Notes under the pieces: model-generated
The model's database searches: none
What the model was told of the DNA's origin: nothing
Seen by the model: only the letters and a program-made list of their open reading frames with translations
DNA from: Paramicrosporidium saccamoebae KSL3
Taxonomy: Eukaryota; Fungi; Cryptomycota
Assembly (NCBI GenBank): GCA_002794465.1
Contig: MTSL01000113.1
Span: forward strand, 1 to 32,000
Length of the DNA stretch: 32,000 nt
Direction: 5' to 3'
In this document: piece after piece, positions 1 through 9,788 of the stretch
Numbering within the stretch: the stretch's first letter is position 1
How the letters are laid out: the number at the start of each line of letters is the position of its first letter
Translations under genes and position numbers: made by a program

Positions 1-1
1 A

Positions 2-271
2 GCTCTTCGTAGCGTATGTCGCGAGTCCGAAAGGCAATGGCGACCGGGCCGGGAATTGAAACGGGAACGGCAACTGCAAAGAAAACTGCGACGGGAACGG
101 AGATTGCAACGGGAACGGCAATGGAAATTGGAACAGGAGCTGGAATTGGAACAAGAATCAGAACTGGAATTGGATCTGGAACATGAGCTGGAATTGGATC
201 TGGAACAGGAATGGGAATGGGATCTGGAAAAGGAATTGGGTCTGGAAGAAGAACTAGAACAGGAATGGTAA
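2..271 (+). CDS. Probable 3' end of a gene entering from the left edge; low-complexity R/E/Q then E/L/W-rich tail
   Basis: Frame +2 is open from base 2 to TAA 269-271 (...RERQWKLEQELELEQESELELDLEHELELDLEQEWEWDLEKEL...). AATAAA follows at 318-323, then an AT-rich gap before the convergent OSBP stop. Two minus-strand frames are also open to the edge, so the frame is not certain. Confidence 0.45.
   Translation, partial: ALRSVCRESERQWRPGRELKRERQLQRKLRRERRLQRERQWKLEQELELEQESELELDLEHELELDLEQEWEWDLEKELGLEEELEQEW
52..270. repeat. Degenerate hexamer array, consensus GGAA(C/T)N (GGAACT/GGAATT/GGATCT/GGAACG)
   Basis: Visible 6-nt periodicity across about 220 bp. Confidence 0.8.
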
Positions 272-564
272 CGGAAACTAGGGTGACGACGGGGGATGAG
301 AGAGTATGGACGCCAGAAATAAATAGGATGGATGGTTGAGATAGCTAACACTCGGAGGATATTGAACGGGCCCAAATAGGTAGTCAATAGAGTGACTGAC
401 ATGCCTCGTACAATTACTGACATTAAATATAGTTAGATAATAGAATTTTTCAATTATTACCGCACTTGTTTCACTACATCTTTTACGACACCCATGGTAC
501 ACTTGTGCTTGCAACTACGCTTACAAAACCCTCGAAACGACACAGTACAACAATATTGCTTTAA

Positions 565-3525
565 TTACTCGCTACTGAGTGACGATTCCGTGTATTCAGA
601 GGATGATCCTTGAGTGTCGCTGCAACTCAACTGCGGGGTAGATTTCTGGCTAGCCATCAGACTAGTGGGAGCCGAGGATATTTCTGATACAGTTTTGAAA
701 ACGTCCAGTCCTTCCCACTGACCCGTCCTTCGCGTCTCCCAATATCCGCCAAGATATTTCCAGTACGGCTCACCACTGTCAGCATCTTCTTCTTTCCGGA
801 ACCAACGCGGCTGATAGGTAAAATCGGGAATGGCTTCCTGTTCCTTCCGTCGGGCCCGTTGACGCTCTTCCAGCTCCACTTTGATGTCATTGGCACTCTC
901 AAATTGTCCATCTTCCATCGCGCGCTGATCTGGACGACGGCGTGCATCGGTAGGAGGGAGCATGGAGGTCAGTTTGGAGGACAGCTCGTTGAGGGTGGTG
1001 GTAAAGTAGGTGAAATTGTACATCTCTGGCGACCATGGTGGCAAGGCCCGTCGACGCCACAACTCTACCACTTGTCCCGTCTTGAGATTTTTGCTCCGGA
1101 GATAGCGATGCCAATAGCCCTCTAATTTGTACAAGGGAGTGCCATCGGTCCCCATAATTGTGCCCTCAATGCGACGGGGATCTGAGGTCCTCCATCCAGT
1201 TGCCTTAAAGTCCAACTCTACCGTATGGCCCGTTTGATGGTTCACCACGCGCATCGGCCCATAATGATCCAACCACATCTTTCCCATAATCAGGTTGTAC
1301 ACGGCCGTGGTGACTTTGCGATAGCTAAAGTGTTCCTTAGTGTCCTTTAGGTAGACGTGATTTAGACCGTCTGGAACGAGCTCTAAAGTTTTCCAAAACT
1401 TGGTCTTGACCAGCACCTCTGCATAGTATACATAGCGTTGACTTTCACAATAACACGCGCTGATTGGCGGATGGTGGCTGACCTGTTCAGAAATGTATCG
1501 GAATCCATGTTCGTGGCTAATGTATTCAAAAGTTTCGCCCAGAAGAGGATTGAAGGGTTTGGAGACGCGGCCATCGGTGCTAGAATATGGCGATACGGCA
1601 AAGGCAGCGACGTATTGCAGTCGCATCAGCGGATCTTCGGCGGTGCTGGCCATATACAGCAGATCTGCATATTCCAAATCTTCACACAGACGCTGCAACA
1701 TGGACAATGGCTCGCTAAAGTTGACTGGAACGGGAATGCGAGTCAGATCCTTTCCAATGGCATTTTTGATGAAATTCCATATGCTGATGGGTGGGATCTT
1801 GTTGGATTCTACCGGGATTTTATCACGTCGCATCTCGCTATATCCCTCTGCGTCATCGGCAATAAAGAGTAGATCCCCTGCAGGAACCGCCCTGTGTGGC
1901 GCATTCGGTTCATCAAATGTCTCGGCTGAGGTTGCACGGGGTATCACTGGCGACTCCTCGGAAAGAGCCTCCTGCTCCAGTTCGGATATTTCCTCATCCG
2001 TAATCGCCAGATTCTCATCCAAGGCATCATAGAACTCTTCGTCCATCATGGGCGAGCTGACTTTGGTTGAATATTCTCCAGCACTGGCTGAACAATCTCC
2101 AGTCTGAGTTGGATATTCGCCAGTTCGAGCTGAATACTCGCCACTTCGGGCGGAATACTCGTCATTTATAGTCATTTTGGTTTTGTTTAGATTTCTGCGC
2201 AGTGCTTCCTCTACCATGGCCCTCTGTCGAACTTCAGCGTTCAGACGACCTTGCCAGTATTCTTCACGCTCACTGCAGAGACGGAAGAACTCCTGAAGGG
2301 ATTGTAACATATGCTGGCACACGGAGTCAGGAGCAGCTCCCAATTGGACCATTGGGGAAGATCCGCTATTCGTCGGATGGGATTGCACCAATTGGTCAAG
2401 ACACTTTTTGGCTGCCTCCAAAGTCTCCAAAAAGTCTTCAGACGGATCGACCATGGAGGTTTGAGAACGACGATGTAAAGTATCGGCAACCTTTAGGGCA
2501 CGCTGATTCTCGGTCAAATCATCCTCGACCAGATCGCGTTGCCACCGACCAAGCGCCATCACCCACCTACTCGCTTCAGCCTGTGTGTAGGCGCGAAAGT
2601 AGAGCGAATACTTGGCCGCTCTTAATTCAAAGCTGACCCGCTCCCCCGGAGGACAGACGAGCTTGGCAAACTGCACACTGATACTTCCTTTGCATCTCAC
2701 TGGAAAGTCCGCTTCGGATTTGAAATAGGACAAGATTCCGTCTTCAAGGACTATAAAGCGTCGTTTGTATCCACTGGCAAAATTGACATATTTCATCAGA
2801 TAGCCACTTAGTCGGGCGCTATTATCGGCAGGGATTTCGGGCGATCCCACCATGGGTGCTTCCTTCAAGAGCTGTCTAATTTCCACCGATTGGGTAATCT
2901 CTAGAGGCAGTTTTCCCTTTTTGTTTTTTGCAAATGGATCTGCTCCTATGGACAAACATGCCTGCACCACTTCGGGCTTGCCACTCTTCACAGCTCGATG
3001 GAGCAGCGTCTCTCCCGAAGTGTCGGCCTCGCCAAGATCCACCAGATTCTTGGCCCGCTCGCTCATCATACACGTCCGAATCCGCTCCACATCACCCTTT
3101 TGCACGGCCGAGAAGAGGTCGGCTGTTGTCGAGGCAACAAAGCAGCTCCGGGCATATTGGAAGGCAGCCTCAATTTGACGGGTTTTGGAGACTTCAATAG
3201 GCGTCCTATCTTTGCTGTCGCGCAATGTGTCATCAATGTTTGGAGCGGCTAACAGCACTTCGACAGTGGAGAGTCTACCCGCCGCGGCGGCCACGTGGAG
3301 TGCAGTGGAGCCATCTTCCCGCGGGGCATTTGCGTCCACGCCGGCCCCAAGAAGCGAACGTGTCAGTTCTGTGGGGCCATGGAATGCCGAAAGGTGCAAT
3401 ACAGTAGAGCCGTCGGTCGTGCGGTACTCTGCCAGCGTTGTTCCAAATTTTTCCACAATCCTACGCACATTGCTCAGCACGCCCTCGTCAACCGCCAGGA
3501 GGATTTTCTCATGGATATCCGCCAT
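565..3525 (-). CDS. OSH1: Oxysterol-binding protein, Osh1/Osh2 type (ankyrin repeats + PH + FFAT + ORD), 986 aa
   Basis: First ATG is at 3525 (the track start at 3576 is TTG). N-terminal ankyrin repeats (GSTVLHLSA, GSTALHVAA, GETLLHRAV), a PH domain (SGYLMKYVNFASGYKRRFIVL), an FFAT-like EEFYDALDE, and ORD signatures KPFNPLLGETFE and EQVSHHPP. Osh1 versus Osh2 cannot be resolved here. Confidence 0.93.
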   Translation of the reverse strand: MADIHEKILLAVDEGVLSNVRRIVEKFGTTLAEYRTTDGSTVLHLSAFHGPTELTRSLLGAGVDANAPREDGSTALHVAAAAGRLSTVEVLLAAPNIDDTLRDSKDRTPIEVSKTRQIEAAFQYARSCFVASTTADLFSAVQKGDVERIRTCMMSERAKNLVDLGEADTSGETLLHRAVKSGKPEVVQACLSIGADPFAKNKKGKLPLEITQSVEIRQLLKEAPMVGSPEIPADNSARLSGYLMKYVNFASGYKRRFIVLEDGILSYFKSEADFPVRCKGSISVQFAKLVCPPGERVSFELRAAKYSLYFRAYTQAEASRWVMALGRWQRDLVEDDLTENQRALKVADTLHRRSQTSMVDPSEDFLETLEAAKKCLDQLVQSHPTNSGSSPMVQLGAAPDSVCQHMLQSLQEFFRLCSEREEYWQGRLNAEVRQRAMVEEALRRNLNKTKMTINDEYSARSGEYSARTGEYPTQTGDCSASAGEYSTKVSSPMMDEEFYDALDENLAITDEEISELEQEALSEESPVIPRATSAETFDEPNAPHRAVPAGDLLFIADDAEGYSEMRRDKIPVESNKIPPISIWNFIKNAIGKDLTRIPVPVNFSEPLSMLQRLCEDLEYADLLYMASTAEDPLMRLQYVAAFAVSPYSSTDGRVSKPFNPLLGETFEYISHEHGFRYISEQVSHHPPISACYCESQRYVYYAEVLVKTKFWKTLELVPDGLNHVYLKDTKEHFSYRKVTTAVYNLIMGKMWLDHYGPMRVVNHQTGHTVELDFKATGWRTSDPRRIEGTIMGTDGTPLYKLEGYWHRYLRSKNLKTGQVVELWRRRALPPWSPEMYNFTYFTTTLNELSSKLTSMLPPTDARRRPDQRAMEDGQFESANDIKVELEERQRARRKEQEAIPDFTYQPRWFRKEEDADSGEPYWKYLGGYWETRRTGQWEGLDVFKTVSEISSAPTSLMASQKSTPQLSCSDTQGSSSEYTESSLSSE
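2069..2165 (-). repeat. About 4.5 copies of a 21-nt coding repeat (SARSGEY/SARTGEY/PTQTGDC/SASAGEY) immediately N-terminal of the FFAT motif
   Basis: Plus-strand units start at 2069, 2090, 2111, 2132 and 2153. Confidence 0.8.
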
Positions 3526-3759
3526 TATCTGTTGACACAGACCAGAGCAGAGCAGAACAGCGCGAGCACCAATCAACAGCCGATATCCCCATAACTTTTC
3601 CTAATCGGGATACAAATTGTGCAATCCAAATTGGGAGACGCCCCCCACTGGCCAATAGGTGCCTCATGATGGAGTTTTATTGGCTGACGTGTTACTAAAT
3701 TTAACTCTGACGCATAATATAAAACCACTTGCTGACCTTGGACAGCAAGTGTCTAAAGC

Positions 3760-4410
3760 ATGAACGATACAAAAGAAATGAGTGAGACGACCAAGCTACT
3801 TGAGGAGGGAGACCACAAGCAGGCGATAGCAAAGGCGGAACGTGAATTGCTGGGACCCGTCTACGATCCGGAGGAACACGTCCAGCCGCTCCCCTCCATC
3901 TTTGGTATTACTGATTGTGCGGCCTTTATGCTTGGATATTTGATGCTTGCGGTAGGAGCCAATGCCTACATGGCCACCAAGTATTCTGGCACGGCCACCT
4001 ACTTTTACACTGTCAATGCCGCCTTTTCTTTTGTGGGTCTGATCGGCCTGACTATGCTGCATCCGCTGACCATGTTCATTTATGGAGGCTATCTCTGTGC
4101 ATCCTTCCTATTCAGTGCTGTCATATCAGGAGGAGTGGTACTTTTCATCTTGCAGAGCAATGTGTGTGAGGTTGTGGAAGAGATTATGCCGGGTCGCAAG
4201 ATTCGAGAGCTCTGTATTTCTGGACCTGGTAATTTCCAAGCCACTGCAGTGGCTACTGTGCTCCTAGAACTTGGTCTGGAAGTGTTTGTCATGTGGCAAT
4301 TGAAGAAAATGTATGATTATGCCATTCAATGTCCCGTGAACTTGCCAAAGGGATCCAAATGGGGCCCACCCAAGGGCAAGCTTGGATCAGTGGCCATCAC
4401 TGAGCCGTAA
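3760..4410 (+). CDS. Four-transmembrane protein with tetraspanin/LAPTM-like topology, 216 aa
   Basis: Four hydrophobic stretches (about aa 47-72, 80-100, 103-131, 160-180). The loop between TM3 and TM4 has two Cys. TATAAA at 3717-3722 upstream and AATAAA at 4420-4425 downstream. Confidence 0.8.
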   Translation: MNDTKEMSETTKLLEEGDHKQAIAKAERELLGPVYDPEEHVQPLPSIFGITDCAAFMLGYLMLAVGANAYMATKYSGTATYFYTVNAAFSFVGLIGLTMLHPLTMFIYGGYLCASFLFSAVISGGVVLFILQSNVCEVVEEIMPGRKIRELCISGPGNFQATAVATVLLELGLEVFVMWQLKKMYDYAIQCPVNLPKGSKWGPPKGKLGSVAITEP

Positions 4411-4445
4411 AGTGTTTCCAATAAAAATGCCAATTGAATTACAGC

Positions 4446-4633
4446 TGTGAGAGATATAGGGGGGAGTGTGAATGTGAGTCATAGGTGTGGGCTATAGATG
4501 CGAGTCACAGTGTAACTGCACTGTTAAGCATGTGCGATAATAGTTCCTGTACCTATAGGGGTCCTACGTCCCCGTGTCGTAAGAAATAAACGATAATAGT
4601 ATTAATGTTTATCAACTCGACTTTGAAATCACA
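4446..4633. repeat. Candidate degenerate LTR-like segment (TGTGA...TCACA, 188 bp)
   Basis: 5-bp terminal inverted repeat and an internal AATAAA about 45 nt before the right end. There is no target-site duplication and no second copy in the window. Confidence 0.2.
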
Positions 4634-4702
4634 GTACAGCATACGCCCCACAAGTGCAACCTATAAAAACAACGACGCTGATTGGTGGACGCTTTTCTGA
4701 CC

Positions 4703-7700
4703 ATGAGCGAAAAGGATACGGCTGTTCCTCCCCGTATTAGGCTCCATGACGACCTGAGTGCGGTGGCACGTGTCACACAGACATGGACAGAGCCTATACT
4801 CGACAAGGCACGGCATGATATTCTTGGTCTGAAAGATTTGGGACCCCCTCCGGCCTGGCTTGCCACTGAGCTGTCCACGAAGCGATTCTTGCATTTTTGG
4901 ACCGAGGCCAAACGGAAACAGAAGAGCTGGTTTTGGATAGTTTATCGGTTTGCGAGACGAGATCTGGGATACAGTGCTCTAGCCTCATTCGGATGCGATA
5001 TTTTCTTGTGGCTACAGACCTTTTTACTGAAGAGCATTGTCAAGGGAATGTCTCAGAATGAAGACCAAATGAAGCTTTATTCTTTTGCTACGCTGCTCTG
5101 TTTAGTTTCCATGGCGCGTCTATGGTTGCTGACATATTCAACCGGAAAATTATTTGATGTGGGCTACGTGACGCGGTCAGCGATCATGGGAGCAATCTAT
5201 CGCCGGTCGCTACACTTTGCCAATGGGCCGCGTCAAAAGTATTGTGGAGGAAGAGGCATCACCGTCTTGACAAACGATAGCAGCAGAATTTGCTCCACAG
5301 TCGTCTTGACAAATTTTCTGTGGCTCCTGCCAGTCCGTATTCTCACATCTATCTGTTTTGCATATTATTACATTGGACCCTTTGCGATCCCTGCAATCGC
5401 CTTTATTGTCATGACCACTGCCTCTCTGTATATTGTTGCACGAATGCTGAGAACCCGACGCAACAGACTGGCAGTCGCCATAGATGCGCGGATGGGTCTG
5501 ACACAGGAATGTCTGCAGAACATCAAAGTGGTCAAGTATTTGGCATTGGAGGACATGTGTGCCGCCAAGGTGGACAAGGCCCGGAGTGAAGAATTGGGTC
5601 TGCTGTTCAGCACTAATGGAATAACGGCTGTTTGTGGTGCAGTAGACTTTTGGGCGCCCATCTTTGCCGCCACCTTATCCGTGTCACTGATGGCGTTCTA
5701 CGGTTCTCCAGTTGCACCGGACAAGGTTATTGCCTTTATGCAGGCCTGTATTGCACTTACGGTGCCACTCTGGGTATTACCGTCTCTAGTGGGAAGTCTT
5801 GTCGCCAGCAAAGTATCTATTAAGCGTATCGATGATATTCTACAAGCTGCAAGCGTCAGCACTTCAAATAGCCCCATCATGCTGGAAAAGGAAGAAAAGG
5901 CTGTGATCCTGGAAGATGCAACATTTCAATGGGACGCCCCACCACCTGATTTAAAGAAGAAGAAGAAGAATAAACGCAGCGCAAGAGTTTCGGTTCATCC
6001 AATGCAAGAGAAAGCCCTCTTTTCGCTAAATTCAATGGCCATGATTATCCCTAGAGGAAGTCTTGTGGCAATTATTGGGAAATCGGGATCTGGAAAAACT
6101 TCACTTCTTGCAGCACTGGTTGGAGATATGCAATTAAAAAGTGGCAAGCGCTCCATGTACGGCAGTATTGGCATCTGTGAGCAAAATGGCTGGCTCGTCA
6201 ATGCGACTGTGAGGGAGAATATCCTCTTTGGTCTGCCCTATGATCAGGCCCACTATTTAAAAGTAATTAGACAGTGTGCTCTGGAGACGGACCTGTCTAC
6301 ATTTCCCTCGGGCGATTCTACGATGATTGGCGAACGCGGTGCAACTGTCAGCGGAGGACAACGACAGAGAATAGGACTTGCCCGGGTAGCATATGCCCAG
6401 CCAGAGATTGCTCTACTGGACGACCCGCTTTCGGCCGTAGATGCAAAGGTCGGACAGTGTTTATTCTTTGACTGCATCAAACATGGCACGCTCAAGCAGT
6501 CCACAAGAATCCTGACCACTCACCATACGGGATTTCTGTCTGCCTGTGACATTATCATTGCCATGGACGACGGGAGAATTACTGCCATGGGAAAGTTCCA
6601 GGAACTTTTACATTCAATCAGTCCGAGCCACTCGACGGTCCGTGACATTTTGCTAAAATCTCCCGTGTACAGCCACGACCAGCCTCCCGTAGACACTACA
6701 TCAGAATGTGTAGTTGCTAATTCGACGGGAGTGGAGGAGGCGCAGTATTGTGAAAATGTCAATCGACATGCTGGCAAGGCGGCTCTCAGAACCTATATCA
6801 GAGCCCTGGGAGGTTGGTGGCCGATTGTATTGTTGGGAATTATTGCAATCACGGCAGAAATATTCAAAGTCGCCCGAGAGTATCATCTGCGAGTCATCAT
6901 CAGGGGAGGAGGCGAGAATGTTGTTGGGGTAACCGCAGAGGACAGGTTGACCGCCGCCATCATTTATGGCATTCTGGGATTCCTTCAAGGCCTCTTTTCC
7001 GGCGTTGCCTCCATCTTTGCCGTCTGGCTATGTCAACGTGCCGCAGAGCGACTCCATAAAGAGTGCATAGACAGACTGCTGGCTGCTCGATTGTCCGTCT
7101 TTGATGTCACGCCGGTTGGACGAATCTTGAACCGGTTTAGCCACGATTTGGACACGATTGATTCCAACTTTCCCGATCGATTTACTCAGCTCCTCATGTG
7201 CTTTTCCACAGTCTTCTCGACAGTCCTCCTGTTTGGCGCATACTATCCACGCATTCTGCCCACTATTGTGATCCCCCTAGTGTTTTCATTCTTCTTGCTC
7301 CAGAAATTCCGACGAGGATGGCGTCAACTACAGCAGCTAATAGGCATATCCCTTGGGCCAATTGTCTCGCATTACACGGAGAGTCTGTCGGGTCTGACTA
7401 CAATCCGGACCTTTGGACAGGAAAACTGGTTCACTAGCAAATTTGATGCGTTTGCTGATCTCCACGCCTACTCTTGCATTTGGAGGATGGCGGTACGTCG
7501 GTGGGTGTCACTGAGAGCAGAGGCGGTTTGGATTGCATACTTGTCCATTCTCGCTGCCTTCTGTGTGTGGCTCAAGAGTCCGGCAGACATTACCGGCCAG
7601 ATTCTCATGTACGTCTGCATGACCATTGATTCAGTGGATTGGTCAATGAGACATTTTGCCGAGTTGGAATCGAGTTTTGTGTCAGTAGAGCGTCTCCCCC

Positions 7701-8506
7701 AATACATTATGGCCCTTGAGACTGAGGTAGAGTCTTCAGTTGTGACGAGTCCAACAAACTGGCCGAGCCAGGGAAGAGTAGAATTTCTAAACGTCATGGT
7801 TCAGTACAAGCCCAGTTTGCCGGCGGTCGTCTCGGGCTTTAATTATCTATTTGCCCCAGGAAAGCGAGTGGCCATTGTGGGTCGATCTGGAGCGGGAAAA
7901 TCAACAATCATTGCCGCCCTGTTCCGCTTCACAGAGTTGGTGGAGGGTGCAATTCTCATTGACGGAGTTGATATTGCAACAGTCCCCATGAAGCAGTTGA
8001 GAACGGCTCTGGCCATGGTGCCGCAAGACCCGGTATTGTTCACCGGGACGCTTCGGAGTAATCTTGATCCGTCTGGACATTATTCCGACGAAAAACTCTG
8101 GAAGACTTTGACTGAAGTCAAGATGCGCGAGGAGATTATGGAGAATCCCCAGAAGCTTGACATGGTGATTGACGAGACGGGCGGTGGATTCTCTGTAGGC
8201 CAACGCCAATTATTGTGTCTGGCCCGTGCTCTTTTGCGTGGTTCCAAGATTATAGTTATGGATGAGGCCACGTCCAATCTGGATCGCGAGACGGAAGCCC
8301 TGATGCAGGAAGGTCTTACTGATGCCATGAGTGGGGTCACTGTGATCACCATTGCACATCGTTTAGAGACGATCATAGGCCACGACGAGGTCATTGTGAT
8401 GGGAAACGGGAGAATCATTGAACATGGAAAACCTTCAGAGTTGGCTCACGCCGGAGGAGAATTCACAATGATGCTGAAAGCTGCAAGCGTCAATTTTGGA
8501 GCTTAG
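4703..8506 (+). CDS. ABCC/MRP-family full ABC transporter (short form TMD-NBD-TMD-NBD, Yor1-like)
   Basis: First ATG is at 4703 (the track start at 4682 is TTG). NBD1 has GKSGSGKTS, VSGGQRQR and LLDDPLSAVD. NBD2 has GRSGAGKST, FSVGQRQ, MDEATSNLD and IAHR. PVGRILNRFSHD is the ABCC TMD2 motif. Confidence 0.95.
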   Translation: MSEKDTAVPPRIRLHDDLSAVARVTQTWTEPILDKARHDILGLKDLGPPPAWLATELSTKRFLHFWTEAKRKQKSWFWIVYRFARRDLGYSALASFGCDIFLWLQTFLLKSIVKGMSQNEDQMKLYSFATLLCLVSMARLWLLTYSTGKLFDVGYVTRSAIMGAIYRRSLHFANGPRQKYCGGRGITVLTNDSSRICSTVVLTNFLWLLPVRILTSICFAYYYIGPFAIPAIAFIVMTTASLYIVARMLRTRRNRLAVAIDARMGLTQECLQNIKVVKYLALEDMCAAKVDKARSEELGLLFSTNGITAVCGAVDFWAPIFAATLSVSLMAFYGSPVAPDKVIAFMQACIALTVPLWVLPSLVGSLVASKVSIKRIDDILQAASVSTSNSPIMLEKEEKAVILEDATFQWDAPPPDLKKKKKNKRSARVSVHPMQEKALFSLNSMAMIIPRGSLVAIIGKSGSGKTSLLAALVGDMQLKSGKRSMYGSIGICEQNGWLVNATVRENILFGLPYDQAHYLKVIRQCALETDLSTFPSGDSTMIGERGATVSGGQRQRIGLARVAYAQPEIALLDDPLSAVDAKVGQCLFFDCIKHGTLKQSTRILTTHHTGFLSACDIIIAMDDGRITAMGKFQELLHSISPSHSTVRDILLKSPVYSHDQPPVDTTSECVVANSTGVEEAQYCENVNRHAGKAALRTYIRALGGWWPIVLLGIIAITAEIFKVAREYHLRVIIRGGGENVVGVTAEDRLTAAIIYGILGFLQGLFSGVASIFAVWLCQRAAERLHKECIDRLLAARLSVFDVTPVGRILNRFSHDLDTIDSNFPDRFTQLLMCFSTVFSTVLLFGAYYPRILPTIVIPLVFSFFLLQKFRRGWRQLQQLIGISLGPIVSHYTESLSGLTTIRTFGQENWFTSKFDAFADLHAYSCIWRMAVRRWVSLRAEAVWIAYLSILAAFCVWLKSPADITGQILMYVCMTIDSVDWSMRHFAELESSFVSVERLPQYIMALETEVESSVVTSPTNWPSQGRVEFLNVMVQYKPSLPAVVSGFNYLFAPGKRVAIVGRSGAGKSTIIAALFRFTELVEGAILIDGVDIATVPMKQLRTALAMVPQDPVLFTGTLRSNLDPSGHYSDEKLWKTLTEVKMREEIMENPQKLDMVIDETGGGFSVGQRQLLCLARALLRGSKIIVMDEATSNLDRETEALMQEGLTDAMSGVTVITIAHRLETIIGHDEVIVMGNGRIIEHGKPSELAHAGGEFTMMLKAASVNFGA

Positions 8507-8718
8507 AGAGCTCATGATAATAGTCATTTAATGGATAGAAAATGCCCCAATAAAGAGATTAAATTAAAGTAAAGATCCTATCCCTTTATGATGGGCATTT
8601 TAATCCTATTCCCGTTAGGTATTCCCGCGATCCCGTCAGCCACCCCACAATCTCCTTAGTTACCCCCGATTCAAGCCCTGGTATATACATACCACCTTAC
8701 AGAACTCTAATATTCGCC

Positions 8719-9744
8719 ATGTTAATTCGACGTGTAATTGCTCATTCTTGCAAGCGTCTTTCAGTGTATGGAGGACCATTATGTAGAGTTAGACTGTCGA
8801 CAGAGTCTCGCGCGACCCAGAAGGAGACGACTGGAATTGCTGGTCAGGCCCCGCTTCGCGCTGGGGTTGGCGCTAAACGGACCGTTATCCGTCGACGCAT
8901 TGGTGCTGCTCCTGAAAAGTATACAGTCGTGGCCACTTGCACTGCTCAGGCCTATAATATCAACCGGTTGGGGAAATATCTGACAGAAACGTTGGGAAAA
9001 GCGGCATGCATCCAAGAGGATGTTTGGCACGTGAATCTGAATGGTAAAATTGAAGCATTCTTCTTTGGCGATGGATGCTTTGTCCTATGGGGAGCACAAG
9101 ATGACGTTGCCTCTTATTCAACAAAACTGCGGAGAGAACTACGACCTTTTGAGCTTGGATCAATGTCAGAGGTGGAGACTGAAATGCTATTTTATAGACA
9201 AAACGTATCGGAGCAATTCTTTGCTGGAATGGAGGGTGAGACGATTATTGTTGACATTGCCGAGTCGGAGAGGCTTGAAGGGATTCGGGCAAAGTTGGCC
9301 TTTTCGAATGGGCTGGCTGATTCAGTCAAGCTCGCTGTTTTGGAGAATGCGTTAGAGGAACACATTGAGCGGGTAAAACCGATCCCACTGGCGCTAGCGA
9401 GTGGCAAGCGTCTGAATGTTGGCCGAGCCGAGGTTCTCAAGCTCACAGGAGAACTGCTCAAATTTCGGGCAGATCTAAACTTGCATTCCGAGCTTACAGA
9501 CACTCCGGACATGTACTGGAGTGAGCCACAGTTGGAGGAACTTTATCATAGAGTGGCCAGAGTACTAGATCTCAGACATCGGGGCCATATTCTGAACAAG
9601 CGACTGGATTATGCCAATGAGCTGGCATCGGTGCTTCGGTCTCATTTAAGTGAAGAGCACGGCCTAAAGCTAGAATGGGGTATTATTGCCTTGATTGCCG
9701 TAGAGGTAGCATTTGAGACTCTCCACTGGCTAGTTGACCCGTGA
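8719..9744 (+). CDS. RMND1: DUF155 (RMND1/Mrx10/Rmd1 family) protein, probably mitochondrial
   Basis: FFFGDGCFVLWG, FSNGLADSVKLAVLE, R..ILNKRLDY and a C-terminal LEWGIIALIAVEV TM. The Arg-rich, acid-poor N-terminus resembles a presequence. Confidence 0.88.
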   Translation: MLIRRVIAHSCKRLSVYGGPLCRVRLSTESRATQKETTGIAGQAPLRAGVGAKRTVIRRRIGAAPEKYTVVATCTAQAYNINRLGKYLTETLGKAACIQEDVWHVNLNGKIEAFFFGDGCFVLWGAQDDVASYSTKLRRELRPFELGSMSEVETEMLFYRQNVSEQFFAGMEGETIIVDIAESERLEGIRAKLAFSNGLADSVKLAVLENALEEHIERVKPIPLALASGKRLNVGRAEVLKLTGELLKFRADLNLHSELTDTPDMYWSEPQLEELYHRVARVLDLRHRGHILNKRLDYANELASVLRSHLSEEHGLKLEWGIIALIAVEVAFETLHWLVDP

Positions 9745-9748
9745 TACT

Positions 9749-9788
9749 GGGATAGTGGGATAGTGGGATAGTGGGATAGTGGGATCGT
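9749..9788 (+). repeat. Minisatellite (GGGATAGT)4 + GGGATCGT in the 3' flank of RMND1; G-quadruplex pattern
   Basis: Units at 9749, 9757, 9765, 9773 and 9781. Five GGG tracts separated by 5-nt loops. Confidence 0.9.

Noticed and set aside
4682-8506. Degenerate NBD signatures in the ABC transporter as a novelty
   Set aside because: Asymmetric NBDs (DDPLSAVD in NBD1, FSVGQ in NBD2) are standard for ABCC proteins.
9749-9788. CRISPR array or telomere seed
   Set aside because: There are no spacers and the context is eukaryotic. The unit is not TTAGGG-like and the array is internal.
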